Positions 1-12,382 of a stretch of DNA of 64,000 bases are shown here, one piece after another; position 1 is the first letter of the stretch, and every line of letters starts with the position of its first letter. The DNA is from Macrostomum lignano (Eukaryota). The translations under genes were made by a program, and so were the position numbers. The stretch lies in assembly GCA_002269645.1 (NCBI GenBank), contig NIVC01001666.1, positions 186,001 to 250,000 on the forward strand, given 5' to 3'. Below the pieces are notes generated by a model, which saw only the letters and a program-made list of their open reading frames with translations, had not been told where the DNA came from and searched no databases.

Positions 1-233
1 TAACTAATTAAACGGGACAATTAGTGGGTTGAGTAATAAGCAGACAATAATGCCACCACTTAGTTGGCCTCATTAAATACTACTACAACAGAACAGACAG
101 AGGTTGGACTTGTTCTCATTTGGTAGCGTCAGAAATATTGGCAGACAAAATAACAAAATAATGAATATAAATAAAAGTACACCTTCCTACCGCAGACAAA
201 TTTGCCAATTATTTAAGTTGGCAACCAGCTCAC

Positions 234-3200
234 CCGTATTCTCCTGCAGAGTCTTGGGCGTATTGGTGCGGTTAATGATGTCAGTCAGCGGGTCTATGAT
301 CTTCTCCACGTACGGCTTGATTTCCGAGCCTAAGATTGGGTTTACGGGATGTTTTTATAGTTTTTAGGCTATCAGGATTACCGAGAAGACCAAGACAGTT
401 AGGGAATAAAATCTGATTTGGGGATCATAGCAATGGGATCAGGTGAGTTGGGAGTCATAGAAATAGGATCTGGGGATTTTGATAATGAAGTCAGGTGATT
501 TTGGGATCATAACAATGAGATCAGGTGATTTAGGGATCATAACAATCGGATCAGGTGATTTGGGGATCATAACACTGGAATCTGAGGATTTAGGGATCAT
601 AGAAATGGGATCAGGTGAGCTGGAATCATAACAATGTAATCAGGTGATTTGGGGATCATAACACTGGTATCTGAGGATTTAGGGATCATAGAAATCAAAT
701 GGGATCAGGTGAGCTGGAATCATAGAAATCAAATGGGATCAGGTGAGCTGGAATCATAACAATGTAATCAGGTGATTTGGGGACCATATCAATGGGATCT
801 GAGGATTTGGGAATCATAACAATGGGATCTGAGGATTTGGTGATCATAACAATGGGATCATTTGATTTAGGGATCATAAAAATTGGATCAGCTGATTTAG
901 GGATCATAACAATGGGATCTGAGGATTTAGGGATCATAACAATGGGATCAGGTGATTTGGGGATAAATTTCAGACGAATTAGCAGCACAAGAGTACAAAC
1001 CCAATCGAATGGAGATCTCGCCGATAGCCCAGATAGCATTATTGCATACGCTGATATTAACTGGATTAAGATTAGCGGCCAGCACCATTAGAAAATTGCC
1101 AACAGCCGGTCGCAGCTGATCAAAGCAGGCCTTGCTAAGATCGCCGAGCAGTGCGAAGGCGCTCTGCCTTACAATGGGTTGCGAGTCCTGCATGCAGTGG
1201 TAAAGCAGGTCTAGAATTGGCGAGCCCTGCACCAGTGGCTGAATCTCCGAGCCCAGGCCTTCGGCAACTCCGCTGAGCAAGTCCAGGCTGACTATCATGA
1301 AATCTTTGTCTGGCGCTTCGTTTGCTTCTGGGTTCTGGAAGTGCAGCTGCTGCTGGCGCAGGGTGGTCTCAACCAGGCGGACGCAACGGCTAAAAGACGG
1401 GGTGGGGATTTCGGGCAGAATTAGCTAGGATTAGTGAGCGATACTTGTGTGATTTAGGGATCACGATTCTTGGGATTTGAGGATCCATTTGGGATCATAA
1501 TTATAGAAATTTAAGGTTCATTTCGATTCATACTTCTGGTATATCAAGATTTTAGGATCATAATTTTGGGATCTCGTGATTTGGGGATAATAAATCTGGG
1601 ATCTCAAGATTTGGGGATCATTATTATGGGACTTTATGATTTGGGATCATGATTCTGAGATCTTATGATTTGGGGATCATGATTCTGAGATCTCCAGATC
1701 TAGGGATCAAAATTCTGAGATCCGAGTGGTCTTGCACGATCTATTTGCTTTAACCGAACAAAGAGCTAGCCTGGAATGAAGGCTTGGCGTGCCTCCAAGT
1801 TGAGTCAATTGCAAGAGCGGGCTCACAAGTGTGCCAAGTTGTCACTAGGCGCAGTACGTATTAAATAATTTATTAAGCGCATAAAAAGGCGTGTATTTGA
1901 TCAATATTTGTCAGAGACAAAGTGCATAACGGACAGGCCTAAGCCAACTCGAAAATGCACAACTTTTCCCCCTGCAACACACCCCAGCCCAAGGGGGATC
2001 GAACAAGCCGAAGCGGGACGGCGGGGCGAAGGGATTTAAGGCAACATAGCGAATATCGAATTCAAATTAATCCTCTCCCCGGCGAGGATAACCCCCTCCC
2101 AGTCCAAAAACTCGTTCTGGCCTCATCTGCGAGCAAGAGACGGGACAATAAGGCATGCACTTTTAGACTAGATTTGGCAAGAAAATGGATAGATAAAGAA
2201 AAAGAGCGGGGGAGTTGAGGAATATTGAGAACTGCCCCGCCCAAAATCCATTACTGTATTGAGATGTCCCTTTTTTTAAGAGATATGGGGCAATTAAAAC
2301 TGAGTAGTTAATTCAGAGAGTGCTAGTTGAACACCCACTCAAAATATTCCCATTGTAAGCAAGCATTCAAAGCCTTCATGTTTATCCTGTCCTTCAAAGC
2401 CTATCCTGTCATTTTTCTGTCCTGAACTCTTCCTCCAGTGTCACTCCCTATCTCCCAGTGTCCCTCCCTATCTCCCAGTGTCCCTCCCTATCTCCCAGTG
2501 TCCCTCCCTATCTCCCAGTGTCCCTCCCTATCTCCCAGTGTCCCTCCCTATCTCCCAGTGTCCCTCCCTATCTCCCAGTGTCCCTCCCTATCTCCCAGTG
2601 TCCCTCCCTATCTCCTAGTGTCCCTCCCTATCTCCCAGTGTCCCTCCCTATCTCCCAGTGTCCCTCCTATCTCCCAGTGTCCCTCCCTATCTCCCAGTGT
2701 CACTCTCTATCTCCCATTGCCACTCCCTATCTCCCATTGTCATTCTCTATCTCCCAGTGTCACTCCCTATCTTCCAGTGTCACTCATTGATAATGAGAAT
2801 GAGATGATGAGAACAGGGTGAGACAGATGATCAGAACAGACTGAGATAGATGATGAGAACAGAGTGAGAGATGATGAGAACAGAGTGAGACAGATAAATG
2901 AGAACAGGGTGAGACAGATGATGAGAACAGACTGAGATAGATGATGAGAACAGAGTGAGAGATAATGAGAACAGTGAGACAGATAATGAGAACAGGGTGA
3001 GACAGATGATGAGAACAGACTGAGATAGATGATGAGACCAGAGTGAGAGATGATGAGAACAGGGTGAGACAGATGATGAGAACAGACTGAGATAGATGAT
3101 GAGAACAGAGTGAGAGATGATGAGAACAGAGTGAGAGATGATGAGAACAGACTGATATAGATGATGAGAACAGACTGGGTTAGATGATGAGAACAGAGTG

Positions 3201-6200
3201 AGAGATGTTGAGAACAGGGTGAGACAGATGATGAGAACAGACTGAGATAGATGATGAGAACAGAGTGAGAGATGATGAGAACAGACTGATATAGATGAAG
3301 AGAACATACTGAGATAGATAATGAGAACAGAGTGAGACAGGATGAGAACAGGTTGAGACAGATGAAGAGAACATACTGAGATAGATGATGAGAGAAGAGG
3401 ATAGAACTACCAACTATCAAAAGAAAACAGAGAACAAAGGATGTCATTGTGATTACTCACGCGAACACGGGCTCACAGTAGGGCAGGAAGCCAACACCAA
3501 GAGCTGTGGCCAAGCTGCTCAAGCACTCCAGCAACGGGAACAGGTCTTTGTCATCGTCGTTAAGACTCTCCCATTTTTGGAACAGCCTGGGCATCAATAG
3601 CTGGACAAATGCCTCCTGGTTGAGATGGGAGCCAACAGAGTCAGCCAGAGTGCCGATGGCATCGTACAGTATTAGCAAATTCTTATGCTGATATCGCTGA
3701 AAAGCGAACACCAAAGTCTGCACAATATCGCCCAGGTAGGGCACCAGATCGCTGCACGTTTCCTCTTCTAGCGTGGCGAACGCGGAACAGGCGGCCTCTT
3801 GAACTCGTTTATTAGTGTCCAGAATTCTATTGAGCAATTCGTATAGCAGCGGCTTCAGGCACAGCTCGTGCGGCTGAGTCACAATCCAGTGAGCATAGCG
3901 GGACAGAGTCCAACAGGTGATGGAGCGGACCAGAGGCTTGGCGTGCTGCAGACAGGTGAGCAGCAGCCTAAACAGTTCCGGCAGGTAGGCCGTGACGCCT
4001 TGAAGGCAGCCTTCGGCCACTGCGCCAAGGATGAGTATGCCAGACTCCTTGACATCCCAGCGTTCGCTGAGCAGAGTGTCCTTGAGAATGGGCAGCAGGT
4101 GCTCAAGCAGCTCGTCGCGGAACACATTAGCTAGAACATCCAGGGCGGCCGCTGAGCACTTCCTGAGATTCCAGCTGCTCAGAATGTCGTCTCCGCCACC
4201 GCCAGAATCGTCAGCGTCGCCAGACTCGGCCAGCAACAGCAGATCCTGCTGCTGCTGCTCCAGCCCGCCAGAGGCGTCGGCATCTTCGCCGGATCCGCCC
4301 CCCGCTGCGCAGTCGTGCAGATGCTGGGATGCCATCTTCGACCGGGTCCTGTGAAACCGAGGCCGGATGTCGCTCTCGCGATCTGGGATGTGCGCATCCT
4401 CGCGATTCTCCAATTCTAGCGCCTCGGCGTCGCTTTCTGAGTACTTCATGCCGCGGCAGAGCACCGGGATCAGCTTTGGCAGGTAGGGCCGCAGCAGCTC
4501 CTGACAGTTGGGCTGAAATCAATGCGTTGGCGGAGTCAGCTTTGCAGGCTCAAGATTAAAGGCACAAGGTCATAGACTGGGTACACGGGTCATAGACCGG
4601 GGGCACGGGGTCATAGACTGGGTACACGGGTCATAAACCGGGGGCACGGGGTCATAGACTGGGTACACGGGTCATAGACCGGGGGCACGGGGTCATTGAC
4701 CGGGGGACACGGGTCATAGACCGGGGACACGGGGTCATAGACGTGGGATACGGGGTCATAGACGGGGGACACGGGGTCATAGACGTGGGACACGGGGTCA
4801 TAGACGGGGGACACAGGCCAGGGTCATAGATGGGGGACACGGGGTTATAGACGTGGGACACGGGGTCATAGAGCTGAACACATGGGGTCATAGACGGGGG
4901 ACACGGGGTCATAGACGGGGCCACGGTGTCATAGACTGGGTACACGGGGTCATAGAGCTGAACACATGGGGTCATAAAACAAAGGACACGGGGTCATAAT
5001 TAAACCGAGAGCCTACCTGATCAGCAATGGCAAGCCAGAGTTCGCAGGCCTCCTGAGCTACAAACTCGTCGGGATCCTGAGTCCTGAGCAGCATGAACTC
5101 TAGTATGCTGGTCATGTAGGGCAGCAGGTAGCCCATACGGGAGTCTACTAGCAGCACCAGTGACGAGCAGACCTGTTTGCGCACCTCGGTGTCTGTATCC
5201 TCAGCTAAACGGAACACGCTTTCCAATAGGCGGTCCAGATATTGCATAGGCGCCTGGGAGTGACCGCCGATGAACTGGTTGATGCAGCCTAGGGCCAGGG
5301 AGCGAACCTGGAATTGGGGTTGACAAGATGGAGAGGGGAGGTATTACCTGTGAGTCAAGTTATAGCACAGGAATTATCAGTGAGTGAAGATCGAGACATG
5401 TATTACTGGCGAATCAAGATCGAGACAACATGTATTACTGATGAGTGAAGATCGAGACAACAGGTATTACTGATGAGTGAAGATCGATACAACAGGTATT
5501 ACTGATGAGTGAAGATCGAGACAACATGTATTACTGATGAGTGAAGATCGAGACAACAGGTATTACTGATGAGTGAAGATCGAGACAACATGTATTACTG
5601 ATGAGTGAAGATCGAGACAACATGTATTACTGATGAGTGAAGATCGAGACAACAGGTATTACTGATGAGTGAAGATCGAGACAACATGTATTACTGATGA
5701 GTGAAGATCGAGACAACATGTATTACTGATGAGTGAAGATCGAGACAACAGGTATTACTGATGAGTGAAGATCGAGACAACATGTATTACTGATGAGTGA
5801 AGATCGAGACAACAGGTATTACTGATGAGTGAAGATCGAGACAACATGTATTACTGATGAGTGAAGATCGAGACAACAGGTATTACTGATGAGTGAAGAT
5901 CGAGACAACAGGTATTACTGATGAGTGAAGATCGAGACAACATGTATTACTGATGAGTGAAGATCGAGACAACAGGTATCACCGGAGAGACAGCAGGTAT
6001 CACCAGGAGTAAAGATCGAGACAACAGGTATCACCGGTGAGACAGCAGGTACGAGTATCACCGGTGAGACAGCGGGTACGAGTATCACCGGTGAGACAGC
6101 AGGTACGAGTATCACCGGTGAGACAGCAGGTATCACCAGGAGTAAAGATCGAGACAACAGGTATCACCGGTGAGACAGCGGGTACGAGTATCACCGGTGA

Positions 6201-9200
6201 GACAGCAGGTACGAGTATCACCGGTGATACAGCAGGTACGAGTATCACCGGTGAGACAGCAGGTATCACCAGGAGTAAAGATCGAGACAACAGGTATCAC
6301 CGGTGAGACAGCAGGTACGAGTATCACCGGTGAGACAGCAGGTATCACCAGGAGTAAAGATCGAGACAACAGGTATCACCGGTGAGACAGCAGGTAGCTC
6401 GTATCACCGGTGAGACAGCAGGTATCACCGGTGAGCTGAGATCCCCTCCCAAAACTACAGAAAGATGCTCACCTTCGCACTACGATGCCCAGTAAACTCG
6501 ATAAACTTCGGTATAAGAATGCCAAGCGGCTGCGACACGGGCGTATCCTCCAGCAGCTGTTTGGAATCTTCACAAATTTTGTGCATAGCGCTGAACGAAC
6601 CTTCGACTAAGAATTCGTCTCCAGAGTCTAGGCTAGCAACCAGATGAGGCATGAGCTCGGGCCATGCCTCGAGCCGGGCCTTGGACACCATGGTGGTGAT
6701 GATAGTGCCAACAGTGGCCCGGATCATTGCGGAGCGGTCGCCAAGGCAGGCCAGACAGGCTCGCTTGACGCATTCTAGCACTTCGGCAGGATAGAGCTGG
6801 TAGTGATTCTTGATGTTGTTCTTCAGGATGAGGCCAGCCATAGAGCGGTTGGTCTCATCTGGAAGGGCAATTGGATTAAGGTGCCTGTTCATAATCATTT
6901 TTATCCTTTAAACTTAAACTCAAATCCCAAATCCTTAAAACCCCATTCCCAAATCTTTAAAATCCCATTCTCAAATCCTCAAAATCCCATTCCCAACTCC
7001 TTAAAATCTCAGGCCCTAATCCTTAAAAACACAGGCCCTAATCCTTAAAATCCCAGACCCTAATCCTTAAAATCCCATTTCCAAATCTTTAAAATCCTAG
7101 GCCCTAATCCTTAAAATCTCAGTCCCTAATCCTTAAAATCCCAATTCTAAAATCTTAGAATCTAATACCTAAATCTTTGAAATCCCACTTCTAAATTCTT
7201 AAAGCCTCATTTATAAATTCTTAAAATACCAATTTTTTTTAATTCGTGAAAAGACTCTTTTCCTAATAACATTTGAATGATATAACATCTTATAGTATAT
7301 AGATAATCCTAATTCTACTCCACTAATAATATATATTAAAAATATTTAACAATTATACTAGAAAATTACCTTGCGTTGGCAACTGAAGAATGAATGCCAA
7401 GTAATTGTTGAAGTCAGGAATCTGATTTAACTCATTGAGTTTCTAAAATAAATATATATATGAAATAGATTATGAATGTAGTCTTTATATAAGAAAAGAT
7501 ATTATTGACAGAAAATATTGAGTATAGATCAATATTACTTTATATCTATGAAAAAAATATCATTGCCTTAATGCCTTATTGATTGGAATGTTTTAAATAT
7601 TTTTTTTAAATATAAACTTTAATTTTTGAATAGCTAGTCTTCCATTTTTAACTACAAGTATAAATCAACCATTTTAAAATTAACCATTTAAATATTATTT
7701 AAACTTTATTTGACTTTAAAAATATGTTTGACTTGGCATAACTTAAAAGAAGCAATTTTTATAAAAATATAAACCACTTTACTTTTTTGTATTTTAATAT
7801 ATGATTAGTATTTTTTACTTTTAAGCACTATTGCTTTTTACTCTATACAAATACTCAAAAGTTAGAAATTATCTAAATGAAGATAATATATTATTATTCA
7901 CTTGATTATATATAATTAAAGTAACTTTGATAGAGTAGTGCTAATATAATAAAATATAATTATAACAATAAATTCTAAAGTAACAATGTCAAAAGTGCTA
8001 TCTATAGACAAAGGATATAAATTTATAGATAAAATAAATAAGGTATTCATAGATTTTTTCTAATTCAAGGTTTTCTTAGGATTATCATAATTTTCATCTA
8101 GGTGCCTTTAGGTAGAAAAGAGTATAGCCTATAGTCTCATAGATGCCTTTTTTGGTGAAAATTCTTATGTAGATAGGCCTTAAAATATCCGCATTGTCAC
8201 CATTTTTATCAACATTTGGCTGCATGCTTAGTGTGCACAGCAAATTGTGTGCTACTGCGTGGCATTGGCATGCTGCATGTAAAATGCAATAGTATAGTGC
8301 AAGACAGTCAACATTGCAGTTTATTAATCACAACCAAATAGAAAATCAATTAAACTAAATAAAGTCTTATTAATGTACATACATTTTTTGTAATAAAGTA
8401 AATATTTTTCTATATGTTTCAATAAATGCTTATTGATTTTATGACATAGTACATGTGCATGCATATTTTTTAGCTAAATGCAAGGTAAAAATTAGATCTC
8501 AGAACTGTTTTTCTTTGTATATATTAATTCTACTGATGGCATTGCAAATTTGACTTATTGTTTTTAATGTTAGTATTGCTAAATGGTGTAATTAATGGAA
8601 TTGATATAATGTCTTATTGTTTGTAAATTAATCTAAAGATTATACATATATAGTGCATATAGTTGTTGCAATTTCAAAAAGGTCCTTTATTGTTACAACT
8701 GCAAAAAAAGGTCCTTAATGTTGCAACGCCTCATGGGCCCTGCATATAAAACATAACTTGCTAGCCATTCACAATTTCTATGGTAGCCAAAAATGGTCAC
8801 TGTGCAGTCGGTGCATCTATGAGAATATGGTATAGAATATAATTAATTAATATTATAAAACAAGCATGAAAATTTATACCTATCTCATAGATAGCTAAAC
8901 ATGATATAAAAAAGAACTTTAGGATGTTCTATGGATTATTGCATAAATATCAAGTTGTTATATTTATGTCACTAAATTTTTCAACAATATTACAAAACTA
9001 CAAGGGGTGTCCCAAAAGTCAGTGCACTTTCTTCACTATAGCCTTTTTTGACCAATCAGAAATATTAAGTCTATTATAGTTGCAGTTGAAAAGAGAATTA
9101 TCTGTCTATTAAAATGACTTTCTGTTTATTTCTGTATCTGCTGGTATTTTTAAGATATAAGCACTCTTCTGCCCCACAACCTGTGCTACTTTTACAATTG

Positions 9201-11346
9201 CCATAGACCAAAGCTTTGTACCTGATGCACAAAACAACAAAAATTCAACAAATCAACAAAACATCCACACATGAAAGCTGAAGAAAGAACAGTCAAAAGT
9301 TAATCATCAACATTGTCCTAAGGCTTCTCCACATAGTTACCACTGCATTGCATACTTCTGCCATTGGCTATGCATGTTGTCAATGTTGTCAATCAACAAA
9401 ATCTGAGTACAGCATCTCATGAAGGAGAATTTGGCAAGTCAATGCTTCTAGGCTCCCATGACAAGCAAAGATTTGTCCATGCAGCAGCTTTTTCCTTAGC
9501 TTCTGCCTCTTGGAAAGAAGGCAAAGTCAGCTGTTGACAAATCTGGAGAGTAGGATGGCAGTGAGAGCAGCACAAAATTTGCCTGCTTAATCATCTCCTC
9601 CATTTTCTTGGCTGTGGGAGAGGATCCTAGAATTTTTGTCAACTTTTTTTCTCAACTGAGAGTTGACAAAAATTCTTTGATAGTTGGAATGTTTGTCAAC
9701 TGCCAATAAGAACAATGGAATCTTCGTCAACTACCAATGAGAAATATGGAATTTTTATCAACTGGGTGCCATTGGATATGCTTTAACTTTAACTTATGTG
9801 ATACTTATTTTAGTAAGTAAATTTATTAAACTTTATTGTTCAATAATTACTTGGTAGGAATTCAACTTACCAGTTGCATCACATTTTACTTTTTTGTTTT
9901 TCACTTCCAACTTTGATAGTAACAATGCAGTAAACATGTCTATTGTTTAGATATGTTATAACCAAGAGCTGCTTCATGTACTAGTTCTATACTGGTTATA
10001 ATATTTACAGTATAAATATTGTACAATATAGCTTGGCTTGATATTGTGGAACCAGTGAGGATTGGGCTATTGGGCCAATAACCAATAAGCCTGGATTAGT
10101 TTTTTGATGCTTTTAATCTGGCTGTGGAACTTTCATCAATAGGCAATGGAAGATTTGGAATATTCATCAATTGCAGAAATGAGGGTTAGAACATTTGTCA
10201 ACCAAGTTGACAAAAAAAAGTTGACAAAAATTCCATAAACCATGGAAGACATGTGTTGTCAACATGTATAGCCAATGGCAGAAGTGTGTAACACAGTGGT
10301 GATTATGGTCAGTGGTGGAGAGAAGCCTTAGGACAATGTTGATAACTAAAACTTTTGACTATTTTTTCTCAGCTTTTATGTTGCAGATGTTTTGTTGGTT
10401 TGTTGAATGTTTTGTTGTTTTGTGCATCAGGTACAAAGCTTTGGTCTATGGCAATTTGTAAAAATAGCATAGATGGTAGGTTAGAAAAGTGCTCATATCT
10501 TAAGAATGTTAGCAGATATAGAAATAAACAAAGTCATTTTAACAGGCAGATAATTCTCTTTTCAATTGCAATAGACTTAATATTTCTAATTGGTCAGAAA
10601 AGGCTGTAGTGAAGAAATGCACCAAATTTTAGGACACCCCTTGTATAATATTGCTTTGATAAATAAAAATTATAACTTTCTTAATCTCTAGGTTTTTCTG
10701 TGTGCCCCTTTTGATTCTAAGTTTTTCTAGGTTGCAGTCAGCCTAAACTATATTCACTACAAGTACAACACTAGATAGAATGTTTTGATATTGTCCTAAA
10801 AGTACAAACTAATTCTCACAAAAGAATTTTTGATATTTTAACTAAACTGTAATATTTACTAGAATATGCCACAATGACCATTAAAATTGGTGATCGCATT
10901 AGAATTCTCCGATTGGTGAACTTAACACCTTCAATTTTGTGCTAGATTTAAAAAATAAAAATGCTATCTTCTTGACTTGGCTATAGCCAAGTTGACAAAG
11001 TATAGTATAGGCATATAGTATAGGCATAAAGTATAGGCATATGGCCCTGGCTTTCTGATTCTGACTATTATAGTGTAAACATACATGGATAGACAGGGGT
11101 CAGATATATTGACTATAACAACTATACAACATCATTGTATAGCTATTTTCAGGTAATTGATTGCAAAAACTATCTATTTTAAATTTAAGATAGGCCTACT
11201 AAAGTAAAGTTAGAAAACAAATCAAGTTAAATGGAAAGAATACTCACTTCATGGACTTGCTTTTGAACAGCTGAATCTGCTGTTTTCGATTGGTTTAAGA
11301 GAATAACCACTTGTTCTAGGCTTGCTGGATCGGGATTCCAGGACAT
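234..11346 (-). CDS. TNPO1: Transportin-1/2 (karyopherin beta-2), spliced, 3' end beyond window start
   Basis: Phase-compatible GT-AG exons (minus): 11346-11248 ([20 protein letters not shown]..), 7442-7370 ([19 protein letters not shown]), 6858-6473 ([22 protein letters not shown]), 5307-5017 ([23 protein letters not shown]), 4512-3461 ([34 protein letters not shown]), 1389-1001 ([38 protein letters not shown]), 329-234 ([15 protein letters not shown]). Motifs are characteristic of TNPO1/2 HEAT repeats. TNPO1 and TNPO2 cannot be distinguished in an invertebrate. Confidence 0.95.
414..965. repeat. ~30-bp minisatellite (GGGATCATAACAATGGGATCAGGTGATTT(A/G)) in transportin intron 6
   Basis: Visible tandem copies. 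A degenerate relative (GATTTGGGGATCAT) occurs at ~1455-1720. Confidence 0.9.
2437..2785. repeat. 20-bp minisatellite TCCCTCCCTATCTCCCAGTG
   Basis: Near-perfect tandem copies in transportin intron 5. Confidence 0.95.
2790..3395. repeat. 21-23-bp minisatellite GATGATGAGAACAGAGTGAGA
   Basis: Tandem copies directly adjacent to the previous array, same intron. Confidence 0.92.
4568..4995. repeat. 21-bp minisatellite (CGGGGTCATAGACGGGGGACA)
   Basis: Fills most of transportin intron 4. Confidence 0.92.
5385..6435. repeat. Compound array: 32-bp unit (TATTACTGATGAGTGAAGATCGAGACAACAGG) grading into a 27-bp unit (GTATCACCGGTGAGACAGCAGGTACGA)
   Basis: Fills transportin intron 3. Switch near 5980, with hybrid units interleaved afterwards. 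Confidence 0.93.
6905..7230. repeat. Degenerate ~21-bp array (AAATCCCATTCCCAAATCCTT)
   Basis: Transportin intron 2. Confidence 0.8.
9001..10643. mobile_element. Non-autonomous Tc1/mariner-like DNA transposon with ~385-bp terminal inverted repeats
   Basis: TA|CAAGGGGTGTCCCAAAA at the left and TTTTAGGACACCCCTTG|TA at the right (TA TSD at 8999-9000 and 10644-10645). 9001-~9385 is a diverged reverse complement of ~10256-10643 (shared blocks such as TTGCCATAGACCAAAGCTTTGTACCTGATGCAC and AACATTGTCCTAAGGCTTCTC). No transposase ORF. Confidence 0.82.
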
Positions 11347-12368
11347 GATAACCATTGCTGTTGATAAAATGTAAAAGTAAGGAATGAAATTTTTTTTAAT
11401 GTCGTAAAGAGAGAAAAAGTAAATTTTGAATATCCTATTATCCTGTTTAAACAAAATAGTCAAATTTATTGTTTTATTAATGCAAAAAAAGGTTATTAAA
11501 CTTGCAAATATATTAAATTATATTTATAAACAAAAACTCCTTTCGAAAATTTTATTCTATAGTTTTTTACTAGTAACTAAGATGTATTTTCCCATTTTAA
11601 AATACGATCATTGGTTCGATTTTTATATATTGCTAGTTTTAAGCTGTGGCTTATTTCAGTTCAATCATTATGGCATGTTCATTTTTACCGCCTATTTAAT
11701 TGCGCTATCTACTCGAATGCTGTATTTTTCTTCATTTAAAGCTCTTTTGTATTAGTTTTGATCAAACTGTTTTTTTTTCAAAATGCTCTTTCTGATTCTG
11801 ATTGGATTTGTTTGTTGACCATGCAACATTTGAGCACAGGAGCGAAAGTCCTTGAGACTTAAATTTATATTATTTGTTCTTTTATAGCTAGAATATCAAA
11901 TGGGTATGTATGCATATTATTGTTAGTTCTGTCTAGCCCAACAAATATTTTTATTCTACATCTCCGAATTCATCATAGAGTTGAGTTCGATTCGAATTCC
12001 ATTGTACCATTGTAGCTTAGAGTCCTTACTCAGTTTAATAATAGGATCTTAGCAGGAAATTGCAATTGATTTGGTAAGGAAATCGGGCGGAAACAGTTGC
12101 ATTTTTGCACCAAACGTAAATAATGTGATATAAATAATATATCAGAGCTTCAGCATCTTTTTAGGATTGAAATTAAAAAGTAGTTTTATAAAATAGATAT
12201 TTCTTTAAAGCTGGAAGCATTTAAAAGATGTAACAGACAAAATTTTATTTTCTTATCATTCAATAATAAGCTTTTTTATGCCTTTCTGCCGAGTACTAAA
12301 GTGCACACTATAATTAATATTTTTACAACACAACCTTTCAGCAAAGAAGCCCTTAAGACAGCCAAAAA

Positions 12369-12382
12369 ATCGCCATGGCAAC
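12369..12382. promoter_or_regulatory. Candidate RFX X-box overlapping the tektin start codon
   Basis: ATCGCCATGGCAAC matches RTHNYYWTRRNRAC; could be partly forced by the Kozak context and codons. Confidence 0.4.
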
